DNA of 32,000 nucleotides from Nostoc punctiforme PCC 73102 (GTDB lineage Bacteria; Cyanobacteriota; Cyanobacteriia; Cyanobacteriales; Nostocaceae). Position numbers and translations under genes: made by a program. Positions 1 to 8,750 of the stretch are shown here, one piece after another. The DNA is taken from contig NC_010628.1 of the NCBI RefSeq assembly GCF_000020025.1, positions 5,460,001 through 5,492,000 of the forward strand. The letters run 5' to 3'. Numbering within the stretch: position 1 is the first letter of the stretch; every line of letters begins with the position of its first letter. The notes beneath the pieces were generated by a model. The model was given only the letters and a program-made list of their open reading frames with translations, was not told where the DNA came from and did not search any database.

Positions 1-270
1 GGAGTAAACACGCAAGCCTGGCTTACTCACTCGCTTTAAGGCGGTGATTAGAGGCTGACGATTCTTACCCTTATATTTCAGGGAAATCACTAGGTTGTGT
101 TTTACCCCTTCTTCTGCTTCTTCGATTTCAGCAATAAAGCCTTCCTCCCGTAGCACTTTGGCAATGCTGCGGGTCATTTTTGTAGCTGGCACTTGTGTAG
201 TTTGATGCCGCGCCAGGTTGGCATTGCGGATGCGCGTCAGCATATCTGCAATTGTGTCGTTAGCCGCCAT
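1..270 (-). CDS. rpsH: 30S ribosomal protein S8 (uS8), N-terminal part; the gene continues past the window start
   Basis: Absent from the ORF track because it runs off the edge. Reverse complement from the ATG at 268-270 reads [90 protein letters not shown], a typical uS8 N-terminus. It lies directly downstream of rplE, as in spc operons. Confidence 0.9.
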   Translation of the reverse strand, partial: MAANDTIADMLTRIRNANLARHQTTQVPATKMTRSIAKVLREEGFIAEIEEAEEGVKHNLVISLKYKGKNRQPLITALKRVSKPGLRVYS

Positions 271-290
271 CGTTCCCTCTATAGATGAAC

Positions 291-839
291 TTACTGATCG
301 CGAAAGGGCATTCCTAATTCTTTAAGTAAGGCGCGGCCCTCTTCGTCGTTTTTTGCTGTGGTGATGATGGAAATATCCATCCCACGCACTTGATCAACGC
401 TGTCGTATTCGACTTCTGGAAAAATTAGCTGTTCTCTTACACCCAGAGTATAGTTACCCCGTCCGTCAAAGCTTTTAGGGCTAACGCCACGAAAATCTCG
501 AATTCTGGGCAGTGATAGGCTAACTAGCCGGTCGAAAAAGGCATACATCCGTTCGGCTCTGAGTGTCACCATGATCCCCACAGGCATCCCTTGACGGATC
601 TTAAAGCCAGCGATCGCCTTTTTCGCCCGCGTCACCACTGGTTTTTGACCAGTAACAAGCGCAATTTCGTTGATGGATGCTTCCAGCGACTTGGCATTTT
701 GAGCTGCTTCACCCAAACCTCGGTTAATAGTAACTTTTACCAACTTCGGTACTTGATGAACGTTGGTATATTGAAACTGATTAATCAGTTTGGGGACGAT
801 TGTCTCTTGATATAAGCTTTTGAGTCTTGTTGTCGCCAT
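291..839 (-). CDS. rplE: 50S ribosomal protein L5 (uL5)
   Basis: 182-aa [21 protein letters not shown]...[27 protein letters not shown], characteristic uL5 sequence; operon position between rplX and rpsH. Confidence 0.97.
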   Translation of the reverse strand: MATTRLKSLYQETIVPKLINQFQYTNVHQVPKLVKVTINRGLGEAAQNAKSLEASINEIALVTGQKPVVTRAKKAIAGFKIRQGMPVGIMVTLRAERMYAFFDRLVSLSLPRIRDFRGVSPKSFDGRGNYTLGVREQLIFPEVEYDSVDQVRGMDISIITTAKNDEEGRALLKELGMPFRDQ

Positions 840-883
840 AGTTTTTTGTCCTGATATCCCTGGGCTTGGTCAGGGAACTTTTA

Positions 884-960
884 TTGTCCTTTGTTATTTG
901 TCCTTTGTCTTTTGTTATTTGTCTTTATAACTAATGACTAATGACCAATGACTAATGACT
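884..960. repeat. Paired heptamer (STRR-like) arrays in the rplE-rplX spacer
   Basis: The left array of TTGTCCT/TTGTTAT/TTGTCTT units (884-926) is followed by (C/A)TAATGA units, ctaatgactaatgaccaatgactaatgact (931-960). The two arms are partly complementary. The right arm runs into the rplX stop codon (959-961). Confidence 0.85.
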
Positions 961-1312
961 ATTTATCCAGAATCTCGCCAGTTTTTTTAAGTTTTCTGAC
1001 TTTCTTGCCTTCTGAGGTAAAGGTATAACAAACACGACTGGCAACGTTTTGCTTAGTGGAATAAAGCATCACGTTGGAGCTATGAATTGGGAATTCTTGG
1101 GTGACAATCCGCCCTGATTCCCCTTCTTGCTGGGGTTTGACGTGCTTGGTCTTGATGTTGACACCTTTGACGATGACTTTACTCAGTTGGGGAAGTGCCT
1201 GGACAATTTCACCAATTTTTCCTTTGTCTTTACCAGCAATCACTTGTACGGTGTCGCCAGTTTTAACGTGCATTTTGTGGAATACTTTGGGCGTACCCTG
1301 TTTGGTTGCCAT
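959..1312 (-). CDS. rplX: 50S ribosomal protein L24 (uL24)
   Basis: 117-aa ORF with the KOW-type core [22 protein letters not shown]; its ATG overlaps the rplN stop by 1 nt (TAATG). Confidence 0.95.
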   Translation of the reverse strand: MATKQGTPKVFHKMHVKTGDTVQVIAGKDKGKIGEIVQALPQLSKVIVKGVNIKTKHVKPQQEGESGRIVTQEFPIHSSNVMLYSTKQNVASRVCYTFTSEGKKVRKLKKTGEILDK

Positions 1313-1680
1313 TAAAGCACCTCCGGAGCCAGAGAAACAATTTTGGTAAAGTTTTTATCGCGCAGTTCCCGTGCAACTGGGCCAAAAACCCGTGTGCCTC
1401 TAGGATTACCGTCTTTGTTGATAATTACAGCAGCGTTATCATCAAAGCGAATACTCATGCCACTGTCACGAGATACAGCTTTACGAGTGCGGACAATTAC
1501 TGCTTCCACAACATCAGACTTTTTGACAGCCATGTTGGGTGTAGCATCTTTGACAACGGCGATAATTTTATCACCGATAAAACCATAACGACGGTTGCCT
1601 CCGCCTAAAACGCGGATGCACATTAGTTTGCGGGCACCGCTATTATCTGCGACATTCAGGTAAGTCTGGGGTTGAATCAC
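1312..1680 (-). CDS. rplN: 50S ribosomal protein L14 (uL14)
   Basis: 122-aa [29 protein letters not shown]...[25 protein letters not shown], highly conserved uL14. Confidence 0.97.
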   Translation of the reverse strand: MIQPQTYLNVADNSGARKLMCIRVLGGGNRRYGFIGDKIIAVVKDATPNMAVKKSDVVEAVIVRTRKAVSRDSGMSIRFDDNAAVIINKDGNPRGTRVFGPVARELRDKNFTKIVSLAPEVL

Positions 1681-1726
1681 AATTATTCTCCCTTGTGATG
1701 TTGTTAGAAACTAACAACGATGAGGT

Positions 1727-1975
1727 TTAAGCAGGTTTGATGTTCAGGACTTCTGTGATTTTCCAGCGCTTGGTTTTGCTCAGGGGTCTAGTTTCCTGAA
1801 TGCGAACGCGATCACCTACTTTACACTTATTTTCTTCGTCGTGAACTTTATATCGTTGGGTGTTAACCACAATCTTGCCGTACTTGGGGTGAGGAGCGCG
1901 GTTTTCTATGGCAACCACCACAGTTTTTTGCATTTTATCGCTCACTACCAAGCCAACTCGTTCTTTAACTGCCAT
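1727..1975 (-). CDS. rpsQ: 30S ribosomal protein S17 (uS17)
   Basis: 82-aa [39 protein letters not shown]...[28 protein letters not shown]; canonical uS17 and operon position. Confidence 0.95.
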   Translation of the reverse strand: MAVKERVGLVVSDKMQKTVVVAIENRAPHPKYGKIVVNTQRYKVHDEENKCKVGDRVRIQETRPLSKTKRWKITEVLNIKPA

Positions 1976-1981
1976 AATCTC

Positions 1982-2209
1982 CTACTTTTCTTCTTTAGCC
2001 GATTGACTTGCTGCCCGTTTGCGTTCTGTTTCTAATGTCAGCAATTGGGCTAGGCGATGTCGAGCCTGTCTGAATTGGTGGGGCTTTTCTAATTGTCTTG
2101 TCGCTTTTTGCAAACGCAACTGAAATAGTTGTCTTTTGATCGCAACAATTTCATCAGAGAGCTTCTCGTCACTTAATTCTCTAGCTTCTGAAATCTTGGG
2201 AAGAGGCAT
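1982..2209 (-). CDS. rpmC: 50S ribosomal protein L29 (uL29)
   Basis: 75-aa ORF with ELSDEKLSDEIVAIKRQLFQLRLQKATRQLEKPHQFRQARHRLAQLLT; lies between rplP and rpsQ. Confidence 0.9.
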   Translation of the reverse strand: MPLPKISEARELSDEKLSDEIVAIKRQLFQLRLQKATRQLEKPHQFRQARHRLAQLLTLETERKRAASQSAKEEK

Positions 2210-2212
2210 AAG

Positions 2213-2638
2213 CTACTCCTGCTCCTGTGGTTGAGAGCGCACAATAAACTTAGTTTTGATGGGCAGTTTAAATGAAGCCAAACGCATAGCTTCACGGGCG
2301 ATTTCTTCAGAAACCCCACCGATTTCAAACAAAATTCGTCCTGGCTTGACTACCGCTACCCAAAACTCTGGATTACCTTTACCGGAACCCATCCGGGTTT
2401 CAGCAGGACGCATGGTTACAGGTTTATCAGGAAAAATCCGAATCCAGATTTGTCCACCCCGACGAATATAACGGGTCATTGCCCGACGAGAAGCCTCGAT
2501 TTGGCGGGAGGTGATCCAAGCAGGTTCTTGTGCTTGGAGTGCAAAATCACCGAAGTTGAGGGTACTACCACGGGTGGCTAGTCCCTCCATCCGTCCGCGC
2601 TGTTGTTTGCGGAATTTAGTTCTTCTAGGGCTTAACAT
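2213..2638 (-). CDS. rplP: 50S ribosomal protein L16 (uL16)
   Basis: 141-aa [22 protein letters not shown]...[46 protein letters not shown], canonical uL16. Confidence 0.97.
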   Translation of the reverse strand: MLSPRRTKFRKQQRGRMEGLATRGSTLNFGDFALQAQEPAWITSRQIEASRRAMTRYIRRGGQIWIRIFPDKPVTMRPAETRMGSGKGNPEFWVAVVKPGRILFEIGGVSEEIAREAMRLASFKLPIKTKFIVRSQPQEQE

Positions 2639-2644
2639 GATTGG

Positions 2645-2685
2645 CTACTGGGTACTGGGCATTGGGCATTGGGCATTGGGCATTG
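2645..2685. repeat. Heptamer tandem array (GGGCATT class) in the rplP-rpsC spacer
   Basis: ctactgg gtactgg gcattgg gcattgg gcattgg gcattg, six consecutive 7-nt units. The same GGGCATT/AATGCCC unit recurs at 13491-13530 and 24549-24570. Confidence 0.85.
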
Positions 2686-2703
2686 TCAATGCGCCATGCT
2701 CAT

Positions 2704-3486
2704 TTATCCTTCATTTGAGCGGTCTTCAAATTGCTGGCGACGACGTTGTTGTTGACGGCGACGAGGTTCACGATCGCGATCGCGGGGGTCACGTTCGCGA
2801 TCGCGGCTTGCTGGTGGTAGTGGATCTGGTTCCTGTCCAGGAATAATTTCTCCCTTAAACACCCAAACTTTGATGCCCAAAATACCGTAAACAGTTTTTG
2901 CCGTGCAATAAGAGTAGTCAATGTCAGCCCGTAAGGTATGTAAAGGTACTCTACCTTCACGAGTCCACTCTGTCCGGGCAATTTCTGCACCGTTGAGCCG
3001 TCCGCTGACTTGGATTTTAATACCTTGAACACCAGCGCGTTGGGCACGCTGAATTGATTGCCGCACTACTCGCCGAAAGGAAACCCGGCGTTCCAATTGT
3101 TGAGCAATGTATTCGGCAATTAGGTAGGCATCAGCATCAACTCGTTGAACTTCAACTACGTTAATACGAATTTGGCGATTGCTACCCAATAGTCCTTGGA
3201 GTCCGGTACGCAAAGATTCTATACCTTGTCCACCACGCCCTACTACTACACCGGGTCTAGCTGTGCGTACTTCTAAGTCGATTTGGTCGGCTTTGCGCTC
3301 AATCCGCACTTCGGAAATTCCGGCGTTGTTTTGAGCAAGTCTACCCAGCTTTTGTTCTATGTATTGACGGAGTTTGTAGTCTTCTTGTAAAAGTTCTGGA
3401 TAGCGGTCAGGAACAGCAAACCAACGGGATTGATGTTCATGTGTAATACCCAGGCGAAAACCAACTGGATGAATTTTCTGTCCCAC
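2704..3486 (-). CDS. rpsC: 30S ribosomal protein S3 (uS3) with an Arg/Asp/Gln-rich C-terminal tail
   Basis: 260-aa [27 protein letters not shown]..., KH and S3-C regions recognisable. It ends in ...[37 protein letters not shown]. Confidence 0.97.
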   Translation of the reverse strand: MGQKIHPVGFRLGITHEHQSRWFAVPDRYPELLQEDYKLRQYIEQKLGRLAQNNAGISEVRIERKADQIDLEVRTARPGVVVGRGGQGIESLRTGLQGLLGSNRQIRINVVEVQRVDADAYLIAEYIAQQLERRVSFRRVVRQSIQRAQRAGVQGIKIQVSGRLNGAEIARTEWTREGRVPLHTLRADIDYSYCTAKTVYGILGIKVWVFKGEIIPGQEPDPLPPASRDRERDPRDRDREPRRRQQQRRRQQFEDRSNEG

Positions 3487-3539
3487 GAATGCTTCCTCTA
3501 AGATTTCTTACTTTACGTAATTTATTCGTGTAAGCGTGC

Positions 3540-3896
3540 TTATTTTTCTGGTGCGGCTCCAACGGCCACAGTAATATGACACGTCGGTTTGCGAATTTGG
3601 TAAGCTCGACCTTGCGCTCTTGGTTGGAACCGCTTCAACGGCGGCCCTTGATCGGCATAAGCCTGAGTAATCACTAGTTGAGTCCGATCTAACCCAGCGT
3701 TGTGTTCAGCATTAGCAGCAGCGCTTCTGAGAACCTTCAATATGGGTTCAGTGGCGCGATAGGGCATGAATTCCAAGATGATTAGCGCTTCTCGGTACGA
3801 TCGCCCCCGAATTTGATCGAGTACCCGACGCACTTTGTAGGCCGAGATGCGGATAAAACGAGCGATCGCTTTTACTTCAGTAGTATTAGTAGCCAT
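3540..3896 (-). CDS. rplV: 50S ribosomal protein L22 (uL22)
   Basis: The ORF track gives 3540-3917. I prefer the internal ATG at 3894-3896 ([34 protein letters not shown]...), because the upstream ATG (3915-3917) lies inside the heptamer repeat array. Confidence 0.93.
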   Translation of the reverse strand: MATNTTEVKAIARFIRISAYKVRRVLDQIRGRSYREALIILEFMPYRATEPILKVLRSAAANAEHNAGLDRTQLVITQAYADQGPPLKRFQPRAQGRAYQIRKPTCHITVAVGAAPEK

Positions 3897-3910
3897 AATT
3901 TTCTCCAATT

Positions 3911-3978
3911 TTGTCATTTGTCATTTGTCACTTGTCACTTGTCTTTAGCTAATGACTAATGACTAATAACTAATGACT
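3911..3978. repeat. Paired heptamer arrays (GTCATTT / TAATGAC) in the rplV-rpsS spacer
   Basis: ttgtcatttgtcatttgtcacttgtcacttgtcttt is followed by agctaatgactaatgactaataactaatgac. The arms are inverted complements at about 6 of 7 positions per unit. The array touches the rpsS stop (3977-3979). Confidence 0.9.
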
Positions 3979-4255
3979 ACCTACCCGCTTTTTTGTCGCT
4001 TTTTCCATGACCTCTGTAGGTGCGTGTCGGGGCAAATTCACCCAACTTGTGTCCTACCATCTGTTCATTTACAAAAACTGGAACGTGTTGTCGTCCGTTG
4101 TGAACAGCGATGGTATGACCTACCATTAGGGGCAAAATTGTTGAAGCTCTTGACCAAGTTTTAATAACTTCTTTTCTGTTGTTGTCGTTGAGCTTTTCAA
4201 TTTTCTTTAAGAGATGATCCGCAACGAAAGGACCTTTTTTTAGAGAACGACCCAT
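3977..4255 (-). CDS. rpsS: 30S ribosomal protein S19 (uS19)
   Basis: 92-aa [26 protein letters not shown]...[49 protein letters not shown], canonical uS19. Confidence 0.97.
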   Translation of the reverse strand: MGRSLKKGPFVADHLLKKIEKLNDNNRKEVIKTWSRASTILPLMVGHTIAVHNGRQHVPVFVNEQMVGHKLGEFAPTRTYRGHGKSDKKAGR

Positions 4256-4263
4256 AGTTCAAT

Positions 4264-4397
4264 TTTGGATTTAGGATTTAGGAATTAGGATTTAGAATTT
4301 CGGATTTTGGATAATTAGGTGTCCAAGCAGGTTTCACAAATTTTCAATGTTCACAAGTAGACCCCAATCTAAAATCCAAAATCTAAAATCTAAAATT
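4264..4397. repeat. Paired heptamer arrays (GGATTTA/GGATTTT ... AAAATCT/AAAATCC) in the rpsS-rplB spacer
   Basis: Left arm ggatttaggatttaggaattaggatttagaatttcggattttgga (4264-4312), a unique core of about 50 nt, then right arm caatctaaaatccaaaatctaaaatctaaaattc (4366-4397). The right arm abuts the rplB stop at 4398. Confidence 0.9.
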
Positions 4398-5261
4398 CTA
4401 TGATTCACGACCACCGCGACCGCGTTTAGAAGACTTACGGCGACGACGCACAATGAATTTGCTGCTAAGTTTCTTGCGATTGCGTGTCTTTGCGCCCAAT
4501 GTGGGTTTACCCCAAGGTGTAACAGGTCCCGATCTACCGATAGGAGCCCTACCCTCACCACCACCATGTGGGTGATCCACTGGGTTCATGACGCTACCTC
4601 TAACCTTCGGACGGCGACCTTTCCAGCGATTGCGCCCTGCTTTACCTGCACTCAGGTTTCTCGCATCGGTGTTGCCCACTTGCCCAATGGTGGCGTAGCA
4701 ATCACGCCGAATTAAGCGGACTTCTCCCGAAGGCAACTTGAGAGTTACATAATCACCTTCTTTTGCCACAACTTGAGCGCTAGCACCAGCAGCACGCACG
4801 ATTTGACCACCTTTACCAGGAGTCATTTCGACGTTGTGAACACTAGTACCCAAGGGAATCCGCGATAGAGGTAAAGCATTACCATCTTCAAAGGGAGATT
4901 CGGGTCCAGAAATAATTATTGTTCCAACTTTCAATCCATTGGGATGAAGGATGTACCGTTTTTCGCCATCTTGGTAATACAAAAGGGCAATTCGGGCATT
5001 GCGGTTAGGATCGTATTCAATTGCTGCGACTTTGGCAGGAATATTATGTTTATCCCTTTTAAAATCGATGATCCGGTAAAGTTGTTTGTGTCCGCCACCC
5101 CGACGACGACTGGTAATTCGCCCTGTATTATTCCGACCTTTGGCACGATGCTTTGAGGTCGTTAGGGATTTTTCTGGCTCGGTTTTTGTGATTTCCGCAA
5201 AGTCAGAAACTGTAACTTGGCGAGTGCTGGGGGTATAAGGGCGATAAGAACGAGTACCCAT
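4398..5261 (-). CDS. rplB: 50S ribosomal protein L2 (uL2)
   Basis: 287-aa [18 protein letters not shown]...[26 protein letters not shown]...[15 protein letters not shown], canonical uL2. Confidence 0.97.
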   Translation of the reverse strand: MGTRSYRPYTPSTRQVTVSDFAEITKTEPEKSLTTSKHRAKGRNNTGRITSRRRGGGHKQLYRIIDFKRDKHNIPAKVAAIEYDPNRNARIALLYYQDGEKRYILHPNGLKVGTIIISGPESPFEDGNALPLSRIPLGTSVHNVEMTPGKGGQIVRAAGASAQVVAKEGDYVTLKLPSGEVRLIRRDCYATIGQVGNTDARNLSAGKAGRNRWKGRRPKVRGSVMNPVDHPHGGGEGRAPIGRSGPVTPWGKPTLGAKTRNRKKLSSKFIVRRRRKSSKRGRGGRES

Positions 5262-5267
5262 AATCTA

Positions 5268-5400
5268 TTTTGGATTTTGGATTTTTGATTTACTTAATTT
5301 CGGATTTTGAATTTTGGATTTAATGAGTGTTTAACTAATTGCCACCATCTTTGGTATTTATTCAGTAAACTCTTCAATCTAAAATCTAAAATCTAAAATT
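5268..5400. repeat. Paired heptamer arrays (GGATTTT ... AAAATCT) in the rplB-rplW spacer
   Basis: Left arm ttttggattttggatttttgatttacttaatttcggattttgaattttggattt, a unique core, then right arm caatctaaaatctaaaatctaaaattcc. Same unit family as 4264-4397. Confidence 0.9.
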
Positions 5401-5401
5401 C

Positions 5402-5716
5402 CTAGACTTCTGGGAATAGAACTTGTCTAATCTTGTCTTCATCCCCAGGTGCGACTGTAACAATGGCTCGCTTATATTGGGGCTTATAACCAATAAATTT
5501 ACCAACGCGCCGCTTTTTACGTGGTGGTAAGTTGGTGTTGACTTTTACAACCTTGACCTGAAATAAGTCTTCGATCGCAGCCTTGATTTCTGGCTTAGAT
5601 GCCTTTGGAATGACTTCAAAGGTGTACTTATTTTGCTCCATCAAGATAGTCGCCTTCTCGGTGACTATTGGGCGACGTACTAAGTCGGCAAGGTCGCGGG
5701 GGTCAAAGCTAGGCAC
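5402..5716 (-). CDS. rplW: 50S ribosomal protein L23 (uL23)
   Basis: 104-aa ORF with [51 protein letters not shown]; its start overlaps the rplD stop by 8 nt. Confidence 0.93.
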   Translation of the reverse strand: MPSFDPRDLADLVRRPIVTEKATILMEQNKYTFEVIPKASKPEIKAAIEDLFQVKVVKVNTNLPPRKKRRVGKFIGYKPQYKRAIVTVAPGDEDKIRQVLFPEV

Positions 5717-6347
5717 TGTAGACCTCCTGAATTTTTTCTAGGGCTGATGCCGTAACTACAATTTTGTCAGCGTGCAGTAAATCAAAAACATTTAACTGGT
5801 TGGCTGCAATTAGTTTTAAATTTTCAATGTTGCGGGCTGACAAATAAACATTATCTGTATCCGCAATTTCAGACAAAATTAACAGTGCCTTGCTTTCTGG
5901 CACTACTCCCCAACGAGCAAGGGCTGCCACTAAGTCTTTTGTCTTCGGGCGAGATAGCTCGGTGCTAAATTCTTCTACTACGATCAAGTCGTCAATACGA
6001 CCGACAAATGCTGTCCGCAGTGCTAAACGTCGCTCTTTGCGGTTCAACTTCAGGTCGAAGTCTCTAGGCTTTGGTCCAAAGATCACACCACCACCACGCC
6101 ACAATGGTGAACGAATAGACCCTGCACGAGCGCGACCAGTACCTTTTTGTCGCCAAGGTTTACGGCCACCGCCTCTGACTTCAGCACGAGTTTTTGTACT
6201 GGCATTTCCTTGACGAGCATTAGTCAATTGCCGTACTAAGGCGCGGTGTACGATATGAGACGCTGTTTCTTCTTTGGCAACGCGCAACTCGAAGGTCGTC
6301 TCGCCGACCTGTTCTCCTTGCCAATTTTTAACTACGCTTTCAACCAT
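5709..6347 (-). CDS. rplD: 50S ribosomal protein L4 (uL4)
   Basis: The ORF track gives 5709-6377. I prefer the ATG at 6345-6347 ([16 protein letters not shown]...[40 protein letters not shown]), because the upstream ATG (6375-6377) lies inside the heptamer array. Confidence 0.93.
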   Translation of the reverse strand: MVESVVKNWQGEQVGETTFELRVAKEETASHIVHRALVRQLTNARQGNASTKTRAEVRGGGRKPWRQKGTGRARAGSIRSPLWRGGGVIFGPKPRDFDLKLNRKERRLALRTAFVGRIDDLIVVEEFSTELSRPKTKDLVAALARWGVVPESKALLILSEIADTDNVYLSARNIENLKLIAANQLNVFDLLHADKIVVTASALEKIQEVYSA

Positions 6348-6348
6348 C

Positions 6349-6450
6349 TTTGTTATTTGTCCTTTGTCTCTTGTCATTTGTCATTGGTCTTTTGCCATTT
6401 GTCTTTAGCCAATGACTTTTGACTAATGACTTTTGACTAATGACTTTTGA
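6349..6450. repeat. Paired heptamer arrays (TTGTCNT ... TGACTNN) in the rplD-rplC spacer
   Basis: ctttgttatttgtcctttgtctcttgtcatttgtcattggtcttttgccatttgtcttt is followed by agccaatgacttttgactaatgacttttgactaatgacttttgac. The repeat fills the spacer from 2 nt after the rplD ATG to the rplC stop. Confidence 0.9.
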
Positions 6451-7083
6451 CTATCCCACTACTTTTGCAGGTACAACACTTACTAGAGCGCCTGGTTTAC
6501 CAGGAATTGCTCCCTTGATTAGCAATAAATTGCGTTCTGCATCAACTCGCACTATGGTCAGCTTACGTATTGTGATGCGTTTACCACCTAAACGCCCTGC
6601 CATCCGCTTACCTGGATAGACACGACCTGGTGTTGTACCAGCACCAATAGAACCTGGCGCTCTGTGGTTTTTGGAACCGTGTGACATGGGTCCACGACCA
6701 AAGTTGTTGCGCTTCTGGTTTCCTGCAAAACCGCGACCGATGCTTGTGCCGACTACATCGACAATTTGACCCTCACTAAAAATATCTGCTTTAATCTGTT
6801 GACCTAAAGCATAATCACTAGAACTATCAGTGTGATATTCATTTAGGTGACGCAATGCTGGGGCAGATGATTTAGCCAAATGACCCAGTAGTGGTCTGTT
6901 CAGTGCCTTTGGTTTAACTTCGCCAAAACCAACTTGGATGGCAAAGTAACCGTCGGTTTGTTTCGTTTTAACTTGTGTAACGGTGCATGGCCCTGCTTGA
7001 ATGACAGTCACAGGAATAGCTACTCCTGCTTCGTCAAATATTTGGGTCATGCCCAGCTTGGTGCCGAGAATACCTACAGACAC
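6451..7083 (-). CDS. rplC: 50S ribosomal protein L3 (uL3), first gene of the operon
   Basis: 210-aa [41 protein letters not shown]...[23 protein letters not shown], canonical uL3. No rpsJ lies upstream. Confidence 0.97.
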   Translation of the reverse strand: MSVGILGTKLGMTQIFDEAGVAIPVTVIQAGPCTVTQVKTKQTDGYFAIQVGFGEVKPKALNRPLLGHLAKSSAPALRHLNEYHTDSSSDYALGQQIKADIFSEGQIVDVVGTSIGRGFAGNQKRNNFGRGPMSHGSKNHRAPGSIGAGTTPGRVYPGKRMAGRLGGKRITIRKLTIVRVDAERNLLLIKGAIPGKPGALVSVVPAKVVG

Positions 7084-7540
7084 AGTAACTGGTTCTCCTT
7101 TCTACTTGCTGACCTTGGAATTGGACTCTAGAGGACACGCTTTGTACGCATCAGTTTAGGCTGAGTTAGCCTGCGAAATTTGGAATGGTTTCAGTAAACC
7201 AGTCCAAAAACTTTGGGACACAACAAACCGTGTCCGTACTGCTTGGTGAATCTGTTTAGCTTCACTCAATAGATCACCAGAACAGCTACAATTCTCTTCC
7301 GTTTGGGAAGGAGTAACTTCTGGAATCAATGCAAGGCGCTACAGCTTTAAGCTGTGTGCAGCAATGCTTTCGTCCAAGCAATTGCTCTGGCACTTTCTGG
7401 AGGCAGCGCTGTCGGCGGGTTTTCCGATTTGTGTACGCCCTAATGACGGTTTCCCGGAGGTTGGCTACTGCCCTGTTGCAGTTGGACTTAAGCGGTCTTT
7501 ACCGCCCAGTATCCATTAACTGAGACTGACGTAATGCCAT
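7084..7540 (-). promoter_or_regulatory. Candidate long structured 5' leader (or independent structured RNA) upstream of rplC
   Basis: No minus-strand ORF of 60 aa or more. The stretch is visibly less AT-rich than 7540-8020 and holds many local hairpins: ggacac-N8-gtgtcc (7215-7235), aggct-N5-agcct (7158-7172), tggaatggttt-cagt-aaaccagtcca (7181-7206), acagct-tta-agctgt (about 7341-7355), agcaatgc-N10-gcaattgct (about 7360-7388) and gcggt-cttt-accgc (about 7491-7504). No known RNA family recognised by eye. Confidence 0.35.
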
Positions 7541-7884
7541 GAAACCAACATTGCTGCTCAGTTTTACTTCCTTAAATACCTTAAACTATTGTTTAAGATT
7601 TCGCCTGCTTTTTCAGAGGCATGGGAGCAAATTCACTCTGGAGCTTAGGATTGGCTTTGATTGTTCATCCATAAGCTCCAATGTTGACCTGAAAGCTTTC
7701 TTAGTTTACCAGTCTATGATCAATCTGAGTTATATTATCCAACTTGGATTAAATTATCAGCTTTTAATGCTAACACTACCTCAGAATGACAGTAAAAAGT
7801 TCATCTAATTTGCGTGTTTGGTCACAATCTAATAATATAAATTATTTATTTATGTTTGTCCAGTAATTTATAGAGTTATTTTTA

Positions 7885-7949
7885 GGGAGTAGGGAGTAGG
7901 GGAGGTAGGGGAAGAAGAAGTATTGAGCCATACCCCATGCCCAATTCCC
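7885..7949. repeat. G-rich heptamer array plus complementary C-rich arm (hairpin repeat) in the rplC/ndhN divergent region
   Basis: gggagtagggagtaggggaggtagggg ... ccccatgcccaattccc. Same architecture as 10341-10463, 23296-23412 and 30485-30650. Confidence 0.7.
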
Positions 7950-8021
7950 AAAGAAAATGCTTTTAATCTATCAGTTCAGGGTAAATAATAGAGATATCTA
8001 AGTGGGATACGACGAAAATCT

Positions 8022-8498
8022 ATGGCACTAATTACCACTGGCAACGGTTTAATCCGCGATCTGGAAAAATTTGGCGCTCTTGGCGTGTATGTACCTCTAG
8101 AAGGGGGTTATGAAGGTAGATATCAGCGCCGACTACGCGCTGCTGGCTATACCACCCTCCACATTACTGCCAAGGGACTGGGCGACGTAGCTGCCTATCT
8201 CACAAGAATTCATGGAGTCAGACCTCCTCATCTTGGAAAAAAAAGCACTGGTAGCGGTGCGGCAGTAGGTCAGGTGTACTATTTGCCACCAATTCTCGAT
8301 TCCCATCTAGAACAGCTACCACCAAAGTCAAAGGGGCTGGTTTTGTGGATTATTGAAGGGCATATTCTTTCTAATGAGGAACTTGAGTATTTAACGAATT
8401 TGCCTCAGTTAGAACCACGAGTGAAAGTAGTAATTGAGAGAGGTGGCGATCGCGCCTTCCGTTGGACTTCTCTAGAAAAAACTCTGTTAGCTAGTTAG
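8022..8498 (+). CDS. ndhN: NAD(P)H-quinone oxidoreductase (NDH-1) subunit N
   Basis: 158-aa ORF MALITTGNGLIRDLEKFGALGVYVPLEGGYEGRYQRRLRAAGYTTLHITAKGLGD...VLWIIEGHILS. It matches my memory of cyanobacterial NdhN, which also sits divergent from rplC in Anabaena. Unverified by search. Confidence 0.85.
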   Translation: MALITTGNGLIRDLEKFGALGVYVPLEGGYEGRYQRRLRAAGYTTLHITAKGLGDVAAYLTRIHGVRPPHLGKKSTGSGAAVGQVYYLPPILDSHLEQLPPKSKGLVLWIIEGHILSNEELEYLTNLPQLEPRVKVVIERGGDRAFRWTSLEKTLLAS

Positions 8499-8511
8499 TC
8501 CTTTGTCATTA

Positions 8512-8549
8512 GTCATTAGTCATTGAGTTATAAGCAAATGACTAATGAC
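8512..8549 (+). terminator. Perfect 13-bp hairpin built from GTCATTA heptamers, downstream of ndhN
   Basis: gtcattagtcatt (8512-8524), a 12-nt loop, then aatgactaatgac (8537-8549), starting 14 nt after the ndhN stop. The trailing ttaatt gives only a weak U-tract. Confidence 0.4.
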
Positions 8550-8750
8550 TTAATTCAATCAGCATTTCAATAATGCTGAGTCGAAAACCACAAGATGCAA
8601 ATAATCGGCGGGAAGTCTGGTAAATAAATGCTGTATTTAGACGAATTTGCTTAACGCCCATCTGATGAAGGGTACGTCAGCTTTTGTCGCGGGGTGAATC
8701 AACAGAATTTCTGGAATTTGTTGCAGAAACGCTAGAAGTGGTCATCTGGA

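Noticed and set aside
840-6450. Regularly repeated short units in the spacers as a possible CRISPR array
   Set aside because: The period is 7 nt with no unique spacers of 25-40 nt, and no cas genes are present. These are STRR-type heptamer repeats, not CRISPR.
591-7131. Plus-strand and alternate-frame track ORFs overlapping the ribosomal genes: 591-815, 1101-1349, 1127-1315, 1306-1608, 1343-1588, 1841-2035, 2256-2471, 2511-2846, 2700-3047(-), 3973-4164, 4334-4567(-), 4931-5146(-), 4944-5156, 5890-6213, 6934-7131
   Set aside because: All lie antisense to, or out of frame within, unmistakable highly conserved r-protein genes. Their translations are low-complexity or nonsense, typical shadow ORFs.
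7084-7540. Possibility that the structured region is RNase P RNA, tmRNA, SRP RNA, a cobalamin riboswitch or a group II intron domain
   Set aside because: I looked on both strands for the conserved cores: GAGGAAAGTCC and ACAGAAA for RNase P, a tRNA-like GGTTCGAATCC...CCA end for tmRNA, the SRP GGAAGCAGCC-type helix 8 motif, the B12 box, and domain V. None is present. Only a weak resemblance (acagcgctgcctcc) to part of a cobalamin element was seen.
7329-7808. Track ORFs 7329-7523 (+) and 7539-7808 (+) in the rplC/ndhN intergenic region
   Set aside because: The translations (Cys/Arg-rich and Leu/Phe/Ser-rich respectively) look like random reading of structured or AT-rich non-coding DNA. There is no SD or recognisable motif. 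The region is better explained as leader and promoter DNA.
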